From an uncultured bacterium (lineage in GTDB: Bacteria > Bacillota > Negativicutes > Veillonellales > Veillonellaceae): 64,000 bases of DNA. Position 1 is the stretch's first letter; every line of letters starts with the position of its first letter. The notes under the pieces were generated by a model that saw only the letters and a program-made list of their open reading frames with translations, was not told where the DNA came from and searched no databases. Positions 42,353 to 52,503 of this stretch are shown here, piece after piece. Location: contig CAJMLW010000006.1 of assembly GCA_905214495.1 (NCBI GenBank), positions 2,458 to 66,457 of the forward strand, given 5' to 3'. A program made the translations under genes and the position numbers.

Positions 42353-43212
42353 CCATACTCCAATCCTATACGACACAGATGGTATTACTCGGCACGGCGC
42401 TCTTGGGCCTTGCCAGTGGTATTGCAGGCACCTTTGCAGTACTGCGCAAGGAAAGCCTCATCGGTGACGGCCTCTCTCACGCGGCACTGCCTGGTGTAGT
42501 CATCGCATTCTTGCTGACCGGTATAAAAGACATTGAGGTACTGATTATAGGTGCTGCCCTGTCCTCTATCACTGCAGCGTGGCTTATTACCATCACCGTT
42601 GAAAACAGTAAAATCAAATTCGATGGCGCTCTAGCTACTATACTATCTGCTTTCTTTGGTCTTGGTATGGTTCTACTCACCTACCTTCAAAGCCTAAACA
42701 ATGCAGGTCAGGCGGGCCTTTCAAAATTTATATTTGGACAGGCCGCCACCATATTAGCCCGCGATGTGTACATTACATCGGCGGCAGCGCTCATCATTAT
42801 CGTTTTAACAGCATTATTTTGGAAAGAGCTAAAACTCATCTCTTTTGACGTAGAATACGCTAAAACATTGCAAATTCCCGTCACCTTTACACTCATTTTA
42901 TACAGATCACTATTGATCATGACCATCATCATCGGCATTCAATCAGTAGGGGCGATCTTAATCAGTTCCCTACTCATTGCACCCGCCGTAGGGGCTCGTC
43001 AATGGACAAATAAGCTAGGTACCATGTGTATACTAGCAGGATGTTTCGGCATGGTATCTGCTATGGGTGGTACCATTTGGAGTACAACAGTACAAAAACT
43101 GCCTACAGGTCCTGCGATCATCGTCATTCTGTCGGTTATCGTACTGTTGAGCCTCATCTTTGCACCTAATAGAGGCATTTTGTGGCAATTCCGGAAAAGA
43201 GGTGCCCCATGA
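42349..43212 (+). CDS. Metal ABC permease (TroC/MntC-like)
   Basis: GDGLSHAALPG, FIFGQAA. Confidence 0.9.
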   Translation: MTILQSYTTQMVLLGTALLGLASGIAGTFAVLRKESLIGDGLSHAALPGVVIAFLLTGIKDIEVLIIGAALSSITAAWLITITVENSKIKFDGALATILSAFFGLGMVLLTYLQSLNNAGQAGLSKFIFGQAATILARDVYITSAAALIIIVLTALFWKELKLISFDVEYAKTLQIPVTFTLILYRSLLIMTIIIGIQSVGAILISSLLIAPAVGARQWTNKLGTMCILAGCFGMVSAMGGTIWSTTVQKLPTGPAIIVILSVIVLLSLIFAPNRGILWQFRKRGAP

Positions 43213-44309
43213 CAGTACATACAGAGATTTTACTCATCGCCATTGCAGTATCAATCGCGTGCTCTATCCCTGGTGTATTCCTCGTGCTGCGCCGCATGTC
43301 CATGATGGCCGACGCCATTACGCACACCGTATTTCTCGGCATCGTACTCGCGTTCTTCGTGACCGAAGACTTAAACTCACCTTTGCTTCTAGTAGGGGCA
43401 ACGCTAGTCGGCGTAGGAACGGTATGGCTTACAGAGATGATTCATAACACGGGCCTCGTCAACGAAGACGCATCCATTGGTATCATCTTCCCTCTCCTCT
43501 TCTCCATTGCCATCATCCTCGTCAGTCTCTATAGCGGCAACGCACACCTTGACGTAGATACGGCACTTCTGGGGGAAATCGCGTTCGCTCCATTCGACAG
43601 ATGGATTGTAAACGGCGCTGACTTAGGTCCTGTATCACTATGGATTTCTCTAGGGGTAGCGGTCATCAACCTCATATTAGTTATGCTCTTCTACAAGGAA
43701 TTGCAGCTATCTACCTTCGATCCACTATTAGCAGGGCTCTTCGGTTTCATGCCCGTCCTCATCCACTACGTGCTCATGACCATGGTATCCCTCACCGTGG
43801 TGGCCTCCTTCCAAGCGGTAGGTGCCATCCTCGTTATCGGTCTCATGATTGGACCTGCGGTTATCGCTTATTTATGGACGGACTCTGTGAAAGCCATGCT
43901 CATTAGCAGTATCATCATCGGCATTATCTGTGCCGTCATCGGTACAGAAGTGGCTTTCACCCTAGACGTATCCATTGCAGGCGCTATCGCAACAACGATC
44001 GGTGTCGCTTTATTAATTGCCGTTATTTGCACGCCAAAGACAGGCTATATCGCAACCTATCTTCGGCAACGCCACTTGCGTCGTCACTATCGAGAAACGA
44101 TGATGCTCTGCCACATCTATACCCATATGAACACACCTGTGGCAGCCATTGAAAACGGTATCGGTACCATTCACGAACACTTGAACTGGAAGCCAGACTA
44201 TACACACCAAGCCGCATCACACCTTAAGAAACAAGGCTTGTTGTATGTAACAAATGGGTACTATATGCTGACCGATAAAGGTGTGGCGCAAGTTAAAGAA
44301 ATTATTTAA
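43209..44309 (+). CDS. Metal ABC permease (TroD/MntD-like) with C-terminal winged-helix-like extension
   Basis: DAITHTVFLG, HLDVDTALLGE; soluble tail ...HLKKQGLLYVTNGYYMLTDKG. Confidence 0.85.
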   Translation: MTVHTEILLIAIAVSIACSIPGVFLVLRRMSMMADAITHTVFLGIVLAFFVTEDLNSPLLLVGATLVGVGTVWLTEMIHNTGLVNEDASIGIIFPLLFSIAIILVSLYSGNAHLDVDTALLGEIAFAPFDRWIVNGADLGPVSLWISLGVAVINLILVMLFYKELQLSTFDPLLAGLFGFMPVLIHYVLMTMVSLTVVASFQAVGAILVIGLMIGPAVIAYLWTDSVKAMLISSIIIGIICAVIGTEVAFTLDVSIAGAIATTIGVALLIAVICTPKTGYIATYLRQRHLRRHYRETMMLCHIYTHMNTPVAAIENGIGTIHEHLNWKPDYTHQAASHLKKQGLLYVTNGYYMLTDKGVAQVKEII

Positions 44310-44399
44310 TAAACCATATGGGTTTTGGTAAGCACAATGATAGACAAATCCGTATAGTTTAATTAAATGAATTGTAGAAACTTAATATTTTTCCCCATA

Positions 44400-44441
44400 A
44401 AAAAGAAGCTGAAATCAATACAAAGATTTCAGCTTCTTTTA
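44400..44441. terminator. Bidirectional terminator
   Basis: AAAAAGAAGCTGAAATC / GATTTCAGCTTCTTTTT. Confidence 0.75.
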
Positions 44442-44505
44442 TTTTAATCAATAGTGTTACAGACATTAAAAATAGTAGGATTCACGACCATAAATAAATT
44501 TTCCT

Positions 44506-45006
44506 CTACAATTCAAGGCGCATCTGATACCATTTGGCACCGCCATGATTCGACGTTGACGGCCCTTCATTTATAAAACCAAACTTGGCATAATAAGGGA
44601 TTTTTTCTTCCTTACAAGTTAGAATAACACCCTTACGTTTTTCCTCTCTCGCAAGATTGATAAAAGCCTCAATTAACTTACCACCTACACCACGATTCCG
44701 GTATTCTGGCATTGTATTTAGGCCAAAAATCATCTGCCATGCCCCATCAGGATTGTGCATAGATGCATCAGCAAACATCTCATCGATTAGGATTTCATCA
44801 TCCGTTACAAATCCATCGATAAAACCAATCGGCGTATCGCCATCAAAGGCAATTAAAAACTGGCCTGCATAATGGTCTAATCGTTCCTTAAAAGCCTCAC
44901 GAGGCGCCGCCTCAGCAGGCGGAAAACAAGTTGCTTCTATATGTGTCACTAAATCTAAATCTGCGGTTGTCGCTTTTCGTATTAATATATCCATATCCTT
45001 CTCCAT
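44506..45006 (-). CDS. GNAT acetyltransferase
   Basis: PEYRNRGVG motif A; YYAKFGF. Confidence 0.85.
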   Translation of the reverse strand: MEKDMDILIRKATTADLDLVTHIEATCFPPAEAAPREAFKERLDHYAGQFLIAFDGDTPIGFIDGFVTDDEILIDEMFADASMHNPDGAWQMIFGLNTMPEYRNRGVGGKLIEAFINLAREEKRKGVILTCKEEKIPYYAKFGFINEGPSTSNHGGAKWYQMRLEL

Positions 45007-45129
45007 CGCATCTACATATCTGTTTTAGTATATACCGTTTACATAACAAAGGCTACACGTAACTCTATGTACGTGTAGCCTTTTATTAACAATTTGCCCA
45101 CCTACTTGCTATACAGATTATCCGACCAA

Positions 45130-45549
45130 TTATCTTTTTGTATATTTAGGTACATTACGATATTGCATCGGCAAAGAATTTTCTTTTATTTTAAAGCCAT
45201 GCTTCTCGTAAAATAGTGCATTCTTACTATCACCAATCATAACATTAATGTACAAGTAAGACTTATAAGCGTCTTTCACCATTTCTAACAAATGACCAGC
45301 AATACCTTGGCCATGATTCTCAGGATGAACCAAAACATAATTGATGAAGCATACCAGCTCGCTGTCATCCATGAAACGAATAAGACCAACTAAACGATCG
45401 CCGTCCCACGCAGAAATCACACGAGATGAATTCATTAGAGCCTTGTGTAGACGGTCTGGATATTTACCTACTACCCAACGAACAGACAGAAATAAATCTG
45501 CTACTTGCTGGGAAGTAAAAATTTTTTCTTCAGTATACTTAATAGTCAT
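45130..45549 (-). CDS. GNAT acetyltransferase
   Basis: VHPENHGQGIA; FYEKHGF. Confidence 0.85.
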   Translation of the reverse strand: MTIKYTEEKIFTSQQVADLFLSVRWVVGKYPDRLHKALMNSSRVISAWDGDRLVGLIRFMDDSELVCFINYVLVHPENHGQGIAGHLLEMVKDAYKSYLYINVMIGDSKNALFYEKHGFKIKENSLPMQYRNVPKYTKR

Positions 45550-45563
45550 AAAAAACCTTCACA

Positions 45564-46637
45564 TTATCTAAACGTCCAAGGATTTCTTAAAGTAGCAGCC
45601 TTATTAAAGGTTAATGTGCATAGTGTAGGATTTTCACTATCTAAGTAAGCAATAAAAACAATTTTATCAATCATTTTTTCTTTTACCATCATCGCCTTTA
45701 CAGCGTCTTGATGTATATATTGACGAAGCAATTCAGGAAGAGTAAACCGAATACTAAGGCTAGGACTCTCAGAATTATTAATAATTGGTACTATAATCCA
45801 CTCATCGGGCTTTTCTGGATTAAAATGTATTGTAACGTCCTGATGTGGATTAGTTTTCAATAACTCATTAAATTCTGAATTAGCTAGTAGAGGAATCATA
45901 TATACACTATTTATTGTAGCCAAATATATAAATTGATTTTCAATATTATTCTTTAAATCCATTATCAGATTTTTCAAATCAATATCAAATAAAGACTCAT
46001 CCCAACAATAAGAAGATCTCCTATGATATGCCACTTCATCACGAATTAATTCTGAAAACGCCATTTTGAAACTATTAAATTGAGTATCATCTATATCTGA
46101 ATTATCCATCAATGCATCTATTATTTGTTGAATGAGGTCTATGATATCTTTATATACATCACTAGATAAATCAATTAAATGTATTTTATGAGCAATTGCA
46201 TAACGTTGTGCAGGATCTGAAAAACCAGATGTAGAAAAGATAGCATAATGATATTGATAACGTTTAACAGATAATTGCTCTGTACTCAAATTTACAGTAG
46301 CGTAATTAGTATTAATATCATTTAAAATACCAACGCCCACTCTAACTCTATCAATACCAACTTTTGTGTTTGCATAACACTTTGCTTCTATAAATAAGCG
46401 CAAAGGATATACAAAGGGAGGCGTTATTTTAAAAGTCCCCAATGTGTCAAACTGATGATAACCTCCACGTCCTCGAACATTTAAACCATTATGTTTACTT
46501 TCTATTTCTTGTTCGCCATGCGGTACACCAGGTTCATAAGGAATATTGCACTCTGTAATTACTTCATAACCATTCACTTCAATAAGTTTTGATAATACTT
46601 TCTCTAAAAGGTATCCTTTTGCCTGCTGTTTATTCAT
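45564..46637 (-). CDS. Mrr-like PD-(D/E)XK restriction endonuclease domain protein
   Basis: GYLLE...NGYEV, QFD, FIEAKC, STSGFS..A..YA; AT-rich. Confidence 0.7.
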   Translation of the reverse strand: MNKQQAKGYLLEKVLSKLIEVNGYEVITECNIPYEPGVPHGEQEIESKHNGLNVRGRGGYHQFDTLGTFKITPPFVYPLRLFIEAKCYANTKVGIDRVRVGVGILNDINTNYATVNLSTEQLSVKRYQYHYAIFSTSGFSDPAQRYAIAHKIHLIDLSSDVYKDIIDLIQQIIDALMDNSDIDDTQFNSFKMAFSELIRDEVAYHRRSSYCWDESLFDIDLKNLIMDLKNNIENQFIYLATINSVYMIPLLANSEFNELLKTNPHQDVTIHFNPEKPDEWIIVPIINNSESPSLSIRFTLPELLRQYIHQDAVKAMMVKEKMIDKIVFIAYLDSENPTLCTLTFNKAATLRNPWTFR

Positions 46638-46691
46638 GCTAAAGCTCTCCTAAATTATAAGTGCAAAACATATTTCGCTACAATATCTTGC

Positions 46692-47138
46692 TCATATAGA
46701 TAACATCTCCATAGGGTTATGATAATACGGCTCACATTCAATAAAACCATACTTCTTGTACAGATGGATCGCTGCTTGTAACGGTTCAATTGTATCTAAT
46801 ACCATCTCTTTATAACCAGAGTCCTTAGCATGGTCCATGATGCTTTCAATCAGACGATCACCGAGAGCATGACCACGACCCTCGGAACGCACATAGAGGC
46901 GTTTCATTTCACAACGGGTATCACTATGCTGATAATACGCCACCATGCCGAGCACGACATCATTATCATCAATAGCAACCAATAATTCACCATTTGGTGC
47001 CGTATATTTTTCTGCTATATCTGCTAATTCCTTATCTAAATTCTGAAAGGACAAATCGCGACCAAGCCACTGCGTATACTCAGTAATCAACTCTTTTACT
47101 TGATCTAAATACGGTTTGCCATCAATAATTTTAATCAT
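46692..47138 (-). CDS. GNAT acetyltransferase, probably frameshifted at the extreme C-terminus
   Basis: CEMKRLYV..GRGHALG, LYKKYGF. The alternative frame continues DVIYMSKIL* to 46678. Confidence 0.8.
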   Translation of the reverse strand: MIKIIDGKPYLDQVKELITEYTQWLGRDLSFQNLDKELADIAEKYTAPNGELLVAIDDNDVVLGMVAYYQHSDTRCEMKRLYVRSEGRGHALGDRLIESIMDHAKDSGYKEMVLDTIEPLQAAIHLYKKYGFIECEPYYHNPMEMLSI

Positions 47139-47168
47139 ATAAACTCCAACGGATATAATACTCTACAA

Positions 47169-47504
47169 TCATTTTTCCCCATGTAGCTTATGTTGAAAGA
47201 TTTCTTTTACAACCCCTTCACCAACAATATTACCGCTATCCATGATAAGGAACTCTGTACCTACTTGTAGTGCAGAATAATCTATATCTTCGTTTACTGG
47301 CAACGCATTTGCACGTATTGATTTATCAAAGATAACATCTTCACCATCAATAAAGTTTACACTTAACAGCTGATCAGAACCCTTTATAACAAGATGCGGG
47401 CAATACTTTCCATTATTCAGATTCGGTGGAGTTCTCCTCTTCTTGCTGAAGAAAGTAACTGTACAGCAAATAGTAAAATCTAAATCGCTCATGTTACGCC
47501 TCAT
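47169..47504 (-). CDS. Hypothetical protein
   Basis: 111-aa ORF coupled to its neighbours; no motif recognised with confidence. Confidence 0.6.
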   Translation of the reverse strand: MRRNMSDLDFTICCTVTFFSKKRRTPPNLNNGKYCPHLVIKGSDQLLSVNFIDGEDVIFDKSIRANALPVNEDIDYSALQVGTEFLIMDSGNIVGEGVVKEIFQHKLHGEK

Positions 47505-47695
47505 TCAACTACATATACCATATCACCTTTAAAGTATATGTTCATTATACAATGTACGGGATTCCCTTCGGTCCATAACCAACCTTGCAGCACAGCTCGT
47601 CCCCAGTTATAAGTCTCTACAATGACCTCAAATTCACTTTCACTATACTCCTGCTGATACTGAGGCAACTCAATTCTTTTACCTCTGAAAGTATC
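47501..47695 (-). pseudogene. 5'-truncated gene remnant at the edge of the R-M cassette
   Basis: 65-codon open frame DTFRGKRIELPQYQQEY...GDMVYVVE* with no start; its stop overlaps the next ATG (ATGA). Confidence 0.5.
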
Positions 47696-47721
47696 TTATT
47701 AACACACGAAGTACTTAACAT

Positions 47722-48984
47722 CTAAAAAATACGATTATTTTCTTTCATAAGGAAATCATACTTATTATCTTTAATTTCATCGCTATAAAAATAATCTATT
47801 TTATCAGCTAAACTAGCAAAATCCAAAAAATTAATTGACGAAAACTCATCAGTTGAAAGCCCAGTGTTCAATACATATTTATAGTTTTCAAAATCATAAA
47901 ACTTATTAGGATCTTCAGATATTAAGTCCAAGTAAATATTATTCGATTTTGATAACAAACAAATATATTGAAAGTCCCTATCTATATATTGTGTATTATT
48001 ATCAGGATGTGCCATCGAAAAATGTTGATTTGGAGTTAACATAATTAGGTTCTCTACAAAGTCAGCAATCTCAGGGTGTTCTGATTGAGCAAAAATATGA
48101 TGAGCTTGTGTTGCTTTAATATTTTCGCTTGATTGATAAACTTCAGACAACCCCCCTGCTTGAATCTCATTATACTTACGAATAGCTTTTTTTGCCTTAT
48201 TAACTGTATAGTTTTTGAAAGCCCTGACTTGCAATTGCACTGTTGTCGGTTCATGTTCCAATCTCGTAATCGTCTTATCTTTTCCACTAAGCTCATCTCG
48301 CCAATTCAAACGATTATATTGTAAATCATTTAACGTTATTATATTCTTTGAAATTCTTCCTTTTTCAGTTCCTAATTTTCTTAATTTAAAAGCAAGAGGA
48401 TTTAATACTTTAGTAAATATTCGCCCACATTCAGTTACACCATTTATTTTAGTGTAAGTAATAGTAAAATGAATAAATGTATCTCTTAACTCTTTATAAG
48501 AGTCATTATTTTGTTTACTAAAAAATTTACTAAAAATATTAATTAAATCACTATCAATCAATACTTTAGAAATATATTCATATAGAAAATTCAAAGCATT
48601 TATAGGACGTAACGCAATTTTATCTATTATTTGTCGATTATTAATAGAGTAATAATATCTATTCTTTTCCCTCCTAACATTTAACACTTTGCTATAAGCT
48701 AGTAATTTAATTGGTTGTCCAAAATATTTATCATATTCATTCCCAGCTTTTAACTCAGGATCAGGCTTTGAAAAGATTTCAATAACATTTTCTCTAGCAT
48801 AATCGCTATGCCAAATTTCTGATACAGTAAATTCTGAGCAGCCTGTAGCATCGACATATTCACATATACAATCTGCAATTATTGATAAAACATCATATGT
48901 ACACTTTTGGTCTATCCAACGTGCATCCCCTGATTCTCTAACATCATAATTATATCTACTAAAAAAATCTTTATATACATTCAT
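47722..48984 (-). CDS. Type IIS restriction endonuclease with C-terminal HNH (HpyAV/Hin4II-like)
   Basis: 420 aa; QAHHIF...NLIMLTPNQH...AH HNH motif; downstream of a dual methyltransferase. Confidence 0.75.
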   Translation of the reverse strand: MNVYKDFFSRYNYDVRESGDARWIDQKCTYDVLSIIADCICEYVDATGCSEFTVSEIWHSDYARENVIEIFSKPDPELKAGNEYDKYFGQPIKLLAYSKVLNVRREKNRYYYSINNRQIIDKIALRPINALNFLYEYISKVLIDSDLINIFSKFFSKQNNDSYKELRDTFIHFTITYTKINGVTECGRIFTKVLNPLAFKLRKLGTEKGRISKNIITLNDLQYNRLNWRDELSGKDKTITRLEHEPTTVQLQVRAFKNYTVNKAKKAIRKYNEIQAGGLSEVYQSSENIKATQAHHIFAQSEHPEIADFVENLIMLTPNQHFSMAHPDNNTQYIDRDFQYICLLSKSNNIYLDLISEDPNKFYDFENYKYVLNTGLSTDEFSSINFLDFASLADKIDYFYSDEIKDNKYDFLMKENNRIF

Positions 48985-48999
48985 ATAATACCTCTGGAA

Positions 49000-49509
49000 C
49001 TATAGTGCCCAGCCTCTATTAAAGTGTTCTATAATAGTTTCAATATCTTGATTTTGATCTAACGGTTGATCTTGCAACTCGCGTCTCAAGATATTAATTA
49101 TACAGTTACGTTCACTAGGACAAACCGAACGAGTATAACCAGATTCAGATACAGAAAATCTATATGTGGTAATTAAATGATTAATATATTTATTAGAATT
49201 TATTCTACGTGTAATGTTATTTCTACCTGCACTAGAAACTCGACTCAAAGCAGGAATATAGTCATTAAGAATTTCTATGTCATTGTAATAATGAATTCTA
49301 TATTCACGATTCCATGCACCATCTACATTATTCTGTTCAATATGAATACTAATACTATCGTCAAATAGACTTAATTCACATCCGTGTCCACGATAATGCC
49401 TAATATTAGATAAAAAGCCCAATGTTTCTGCATATTCAATTATATTATTAAACCTTACCCCCGATATTCCCCAACGCGAATTATTTGTAGTGTAATCTAA
49501 ACTAATCAT
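49000..49509 (-). CDS. Hypothetical protein inside the R-M operon
   Basis: 169-aa ORF with RBS GGGGG, tightly spaced between the M and R genes. Confidence 0.7.
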   Translation of the reverse strand: MISLDYTTNNSRWGISGVRFNNIIEYAETLGFLSNIRHYRGHGCELSLFDDSISIHIEQNNVDGAWNREYRIHYYNDIEILNDYIPALSRVSSAGRNNITRRINSNKYINHLITTYRFSVSESGYTRSVCPSERNCIINILRRELQDQPLDQNQDIETIIEHFNRGWAL

Positions 49510-49517
49510 TTTTCCCC

Positions 49518-52028
49518 CTATATCGCTTGATTAATTCCAAACCAATAACAACTAGATTTATCAATATTCAAAGAACGCGTCTGATAGTTCCTTGCTATTC
49601 TATAAAAGGTTCTGAACTCATCACTTGAAATATACTTTAATTGTTTATCCGTTAAATATAAATTTTTGTCTTTCAGTATTAATATAGCTACAGAACCATT
49701 GACAACATATCCCGCACCTTTCCTTATTATGCGTGGTTTATAGGTCATATTTGGTGTTAAATATACGTCTGTATTGTTAATAAATTTAGCCACAGTAAAT
49801 TTTGATAGTGTATCTAAATCTATAAAAGTATCATATCCATCAATGTCAACTAATTCGCCTGTATCTAATATATTTCTTGATTTAACCACTCTTATTGCAT
49901 ACTTATCACTTTTACTTTGTGATGTATTCTGGTTAGTAATTTGCCGATCTCTAAAAACATCAAAAATGCCAAATTTCATTTTACAAAAAACCTTATCAAA
50001 GAAATCATCTCTATATATAATCCAATAAGGTAAATTATTATCAAAAATATACTTACTTTTTTGAACAATAGACTTACTCATAGTTGTTGAAATAACTCTT
50101 GTACTCACAGGTTTCTTTGTAGAATCAACCATAATGTTAATAGTTTCCACAAGAACCCCTTTAAATCCATTCTCACCGAAGTCTATTATGGAGTCTATTC
50201 CATATGCCCTTAAGAACTCTCTAGTTTTTAAAAATTCTGGCGTATTAAGAATATTCTTGGGCATAATTAACGATACATAATTAGATAGCATTACAGCTTT
50301 TTCTAATATGAATTCTGCCAGATTAGTTGACTCCTTATTAAAATTATCCTTTAATAAATTACTTCTATATAATCCACTAATTTTAGAAAAAGGTGGATTT
50401 CCTATAACTAAATCAACTTTATTAAATTTATAGGTCATAAAGTCTTCGCAAATAAATTTCAAAGTAAAGTTATTTGGTATGTTGTCTTTATCATACAGAA
50501 TTTTAAGCGCCTCAATCGTATTAAAATCTACATCAATAACTGTTAGATTTACATGCTTTTTGCTTTCATATTTTTTAAAAATAAATGGTAAGAAATTTCC
50601 AGCACCAACTGATGGCTCTATTATATTAACTTCTTCTGAATCGAAGTCAGGTAAATTTTTAAATATTTCCTGAACAATAAATTTATTAGTAAAATATGCA
50701 GAATTTACTTGTCTTTTTGTATTTGCTAATTCAATGATTGCAGATAATGTTGATAAACTATATATATTTTTATTTTCCTGTAAAAATTGCTTTAATCTTT
50801 CATTATCAACAAGATTATTTTGTTTAATCAAATCTTTTATTTCCTTATATGTTAACTTTGGAAATAAAAGATTTTTCTTTATTTTATTTGCAATCTGTCT
50901 AAAAATAATAGTCGGAACAGCCTCTCCAATACTCTGCCTAATATTCAACTCCTCTTTTTTTGATACTTTTTGTTTCTCAGCTACAGATAATTGATTCAAA
51001 TCACTTAAATTATAATCTACCCATTTAAATTCATCTGGAATTGTCATCATACGCATTAACTCTCGGATTGAAAAAACCCTATTATCAATGGGATGAATTG
51101 TATTTTGACTTGCCAATTGATCATTTCTAGTATGGATACAAGGAGCTACCTTATCATAAATCTGTCTTGTATATTTATCTGCATTTTTAGATTTATTTAT
51201 AACTATTTTACCATCTATAACTCTATGAGGTTTTAATTCATCACTATCATTATCGAATGCGCTTTGACCTTCCTTTAAGTTTTCTATCCATGACAACATA
51301 TATTCCGGATAGACTCTAAAGCTATGGAAAAAATCTTTGGAATCATATTCACCCCAATTTAAACTTTTCATATTGCCAATAACATCAAATAAACTTTTCT
51401 CCTTCATATAGTCTGGCATTAACTCCATCGGAGAAATTTCATCAGAAAACTTTTTATCCACACCAATAACAAGAGTACGTGTTCTAGATGAATTGGATCC
51501 ATAATTTTTAAAGTTAAGAACTTCATTATGAATTAAATAGCTAGAACCTAACTCTTCACTTATCATATCACCAATTGATACAACATCACCTCTTTTATTT
51601 ATACATCCAGTCTTCCAAAAAGCAGCAACATTCTCAAACAGAAAAAATCTTGGGTGAATGATTCTTATTAAATCTACACTTTCTCGAATGAGGCTATTTC
51701 TTTCAATTTCTTTATCACTTTTCTTATGATTCGCAACACTCATACCCTGACAAGGTGGGGTAGCAATAACAACATCCACACAATCATTACCTAACTTATT
51801 CCATTTATTTATTTCCTCATAAATCAATTTTTTAGTTTCTTCTTGTTTTATATCTGCAGATATATAGCCACTTTCAAATTTACATTTTTTATTTAATCTT
51901 TGTATATTTAGCCTTTTTTCTAATAGTTCATTTGTAGCAATACATTCAAAGCCCTCAAGCTTAAAACCATAACAACCTACTCCTGCAGAAGAAAACAAAG
52001 AAATATATGTAGGCTTATTTTGAATCAT
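49518..52028 (-). CDS. Fused m5C + m6A DNA methyltransferase (M.HpyAV-like architecture)
   Basis: N-half: FSSAGVG, TPPCQG, ENV, RTR (C5-MTase). C-half: EPSVGAGNF and GNPPF (N6-MTase). Confidence 0.9.
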   Translation of the reverse strand: MIQNKPTYISLFSSAGVGCYGFKLEGFECIATNELLEKRLNIQRLNKKCKFESGYISADIKQEETKKLIYEEINKWNKLGNDCVDVVIATPPCQGMSVANHKKSDKEIERNSLIRESVDLIRIIHPRFFLFENVAAFWKTGCINKRGDVVSIGDMISEELGSSYLIHNEVLNFKNYGSNSSRTRTLVIGVDKKFSDEISPMELMPDYMKEKSLFDVIGNMKSLNWGEYDSKDFFHSFRVYPEYMLSWIENLKEGQSAFDNDSDELKPHRVIDGKIVINKSKNADKYTRQIYDKVAPCIHTRNDQLASQNTIHPIDNRVFSIRELMRMMTIPDEFKWVDYNLSDLNQLSVAEKQKVSKKEELNIRQSIGEAVPTIIFRQIANKIKKNLLFPKLTYKEIKDLIKQNNLVDNERLKQFLQENKNIYSLSTLSAIIELANTKRQVNSAYFTNKFIVQEIFKNLPDFDSEEVNIIEPSVGAGNFLPFIFKKYESKKHVNLTVIDVDFNTIEALKILYDKDNIPNNFTLKFICEDFMTYKFNKVDLVIGNPPFSKISGLYRSNLLKDNFNKESTNLAEFILEKAVMLSNYVSLIMPKNILNTPEFLKTREFLRAYGIDSIIDFGENGFKGVLVETINIMVDSTKKPVSTRVISTTMSKSIVQKSKYIFDNNLPYWIIYRDDFFDKVFCKMKFGIFDVFRDRQITNQNTSQSKSDKYAIRVVKSRNILDTGELVDIDGYDTFIDLDTLSKFTVAKFINNTDVYLTPNMTYKPRIIRKGAGYVVNGSVAILILKDKNLYLTDKQLKYISSDEFRTFYRIARNYQTRSLNIDKSSCYWFGINQAI

Positions 52029-52255
52029 ATTTTATTCCCTCTTTCAGTATTTACATCCGCAACATGTTCAATAACATCACTAAAATCACAATTTAATTCT
52101 TCACAAATTTTATCTATCATTCTTAAACTGATATATTTATCTTTCCCCATATTGGCTAATGTTACAGAATTCATGCCTGTAATATTTTTTAAATCTGTTT
52201 TAGTCATATTTTTATCAATAAGCAGCTTCCATAATCTTTTATAGCTAATAGCCAT
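52025..52255 (-). CDS. Cro/C1-type HTH regulator (possible R-M controller)
   Basis: MAISYKRLWKLLIDKNMTKTDL...DKICEELNC; overlaps the MTase start (ATGA). Confidence 0.85.
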   Translation of the reverse strand: MAISYKRLWKLLIDKNMTKTDLKNITGMNSVTLANMGKDKYISLRMIDKICEELNCDFSDVIEHVADVNTERGNKI

Positions 52256-52449
52256 TTTTTCACCTTTACTTTTATAAATATAATATTTATAAAAGTATAT
52301 CATAAATTCATATTTTTTTCTTATAAAACTACTGGTATCTTCTAAGTTAAATTAATGCTCCTATCTGCTATCTTCTAATAATTTGATTATTATAATCTAA
52401 GTCCAATCAAAATAAGTTAAATATTTTGATTCCTTATCCAAAAATAACA

Positions 52450-52478
52450 AAAAACCTCCCCTTAAAAGGGAGGTTTCT
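52450..52478 (-). terminator. guaA terminator
   Basis: AAACCTCCC/GGGAGGTTT hairpin with T-tract on the minus strand. Confidence 0.75.
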
Positions 52479-52503
52479 CAACTAAAATATGACTGAAAAT
52501 TTT

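Larger units (their letters stand above)
47722..52440 (-). mobile_element. AT-rich acquired defence cassette immediately 3' of guaA
   Basis: Abrupt drop in GC, R-M genes, truncated gene at the left edge; no integrase or att repeat seen. Confidence 0.6.
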
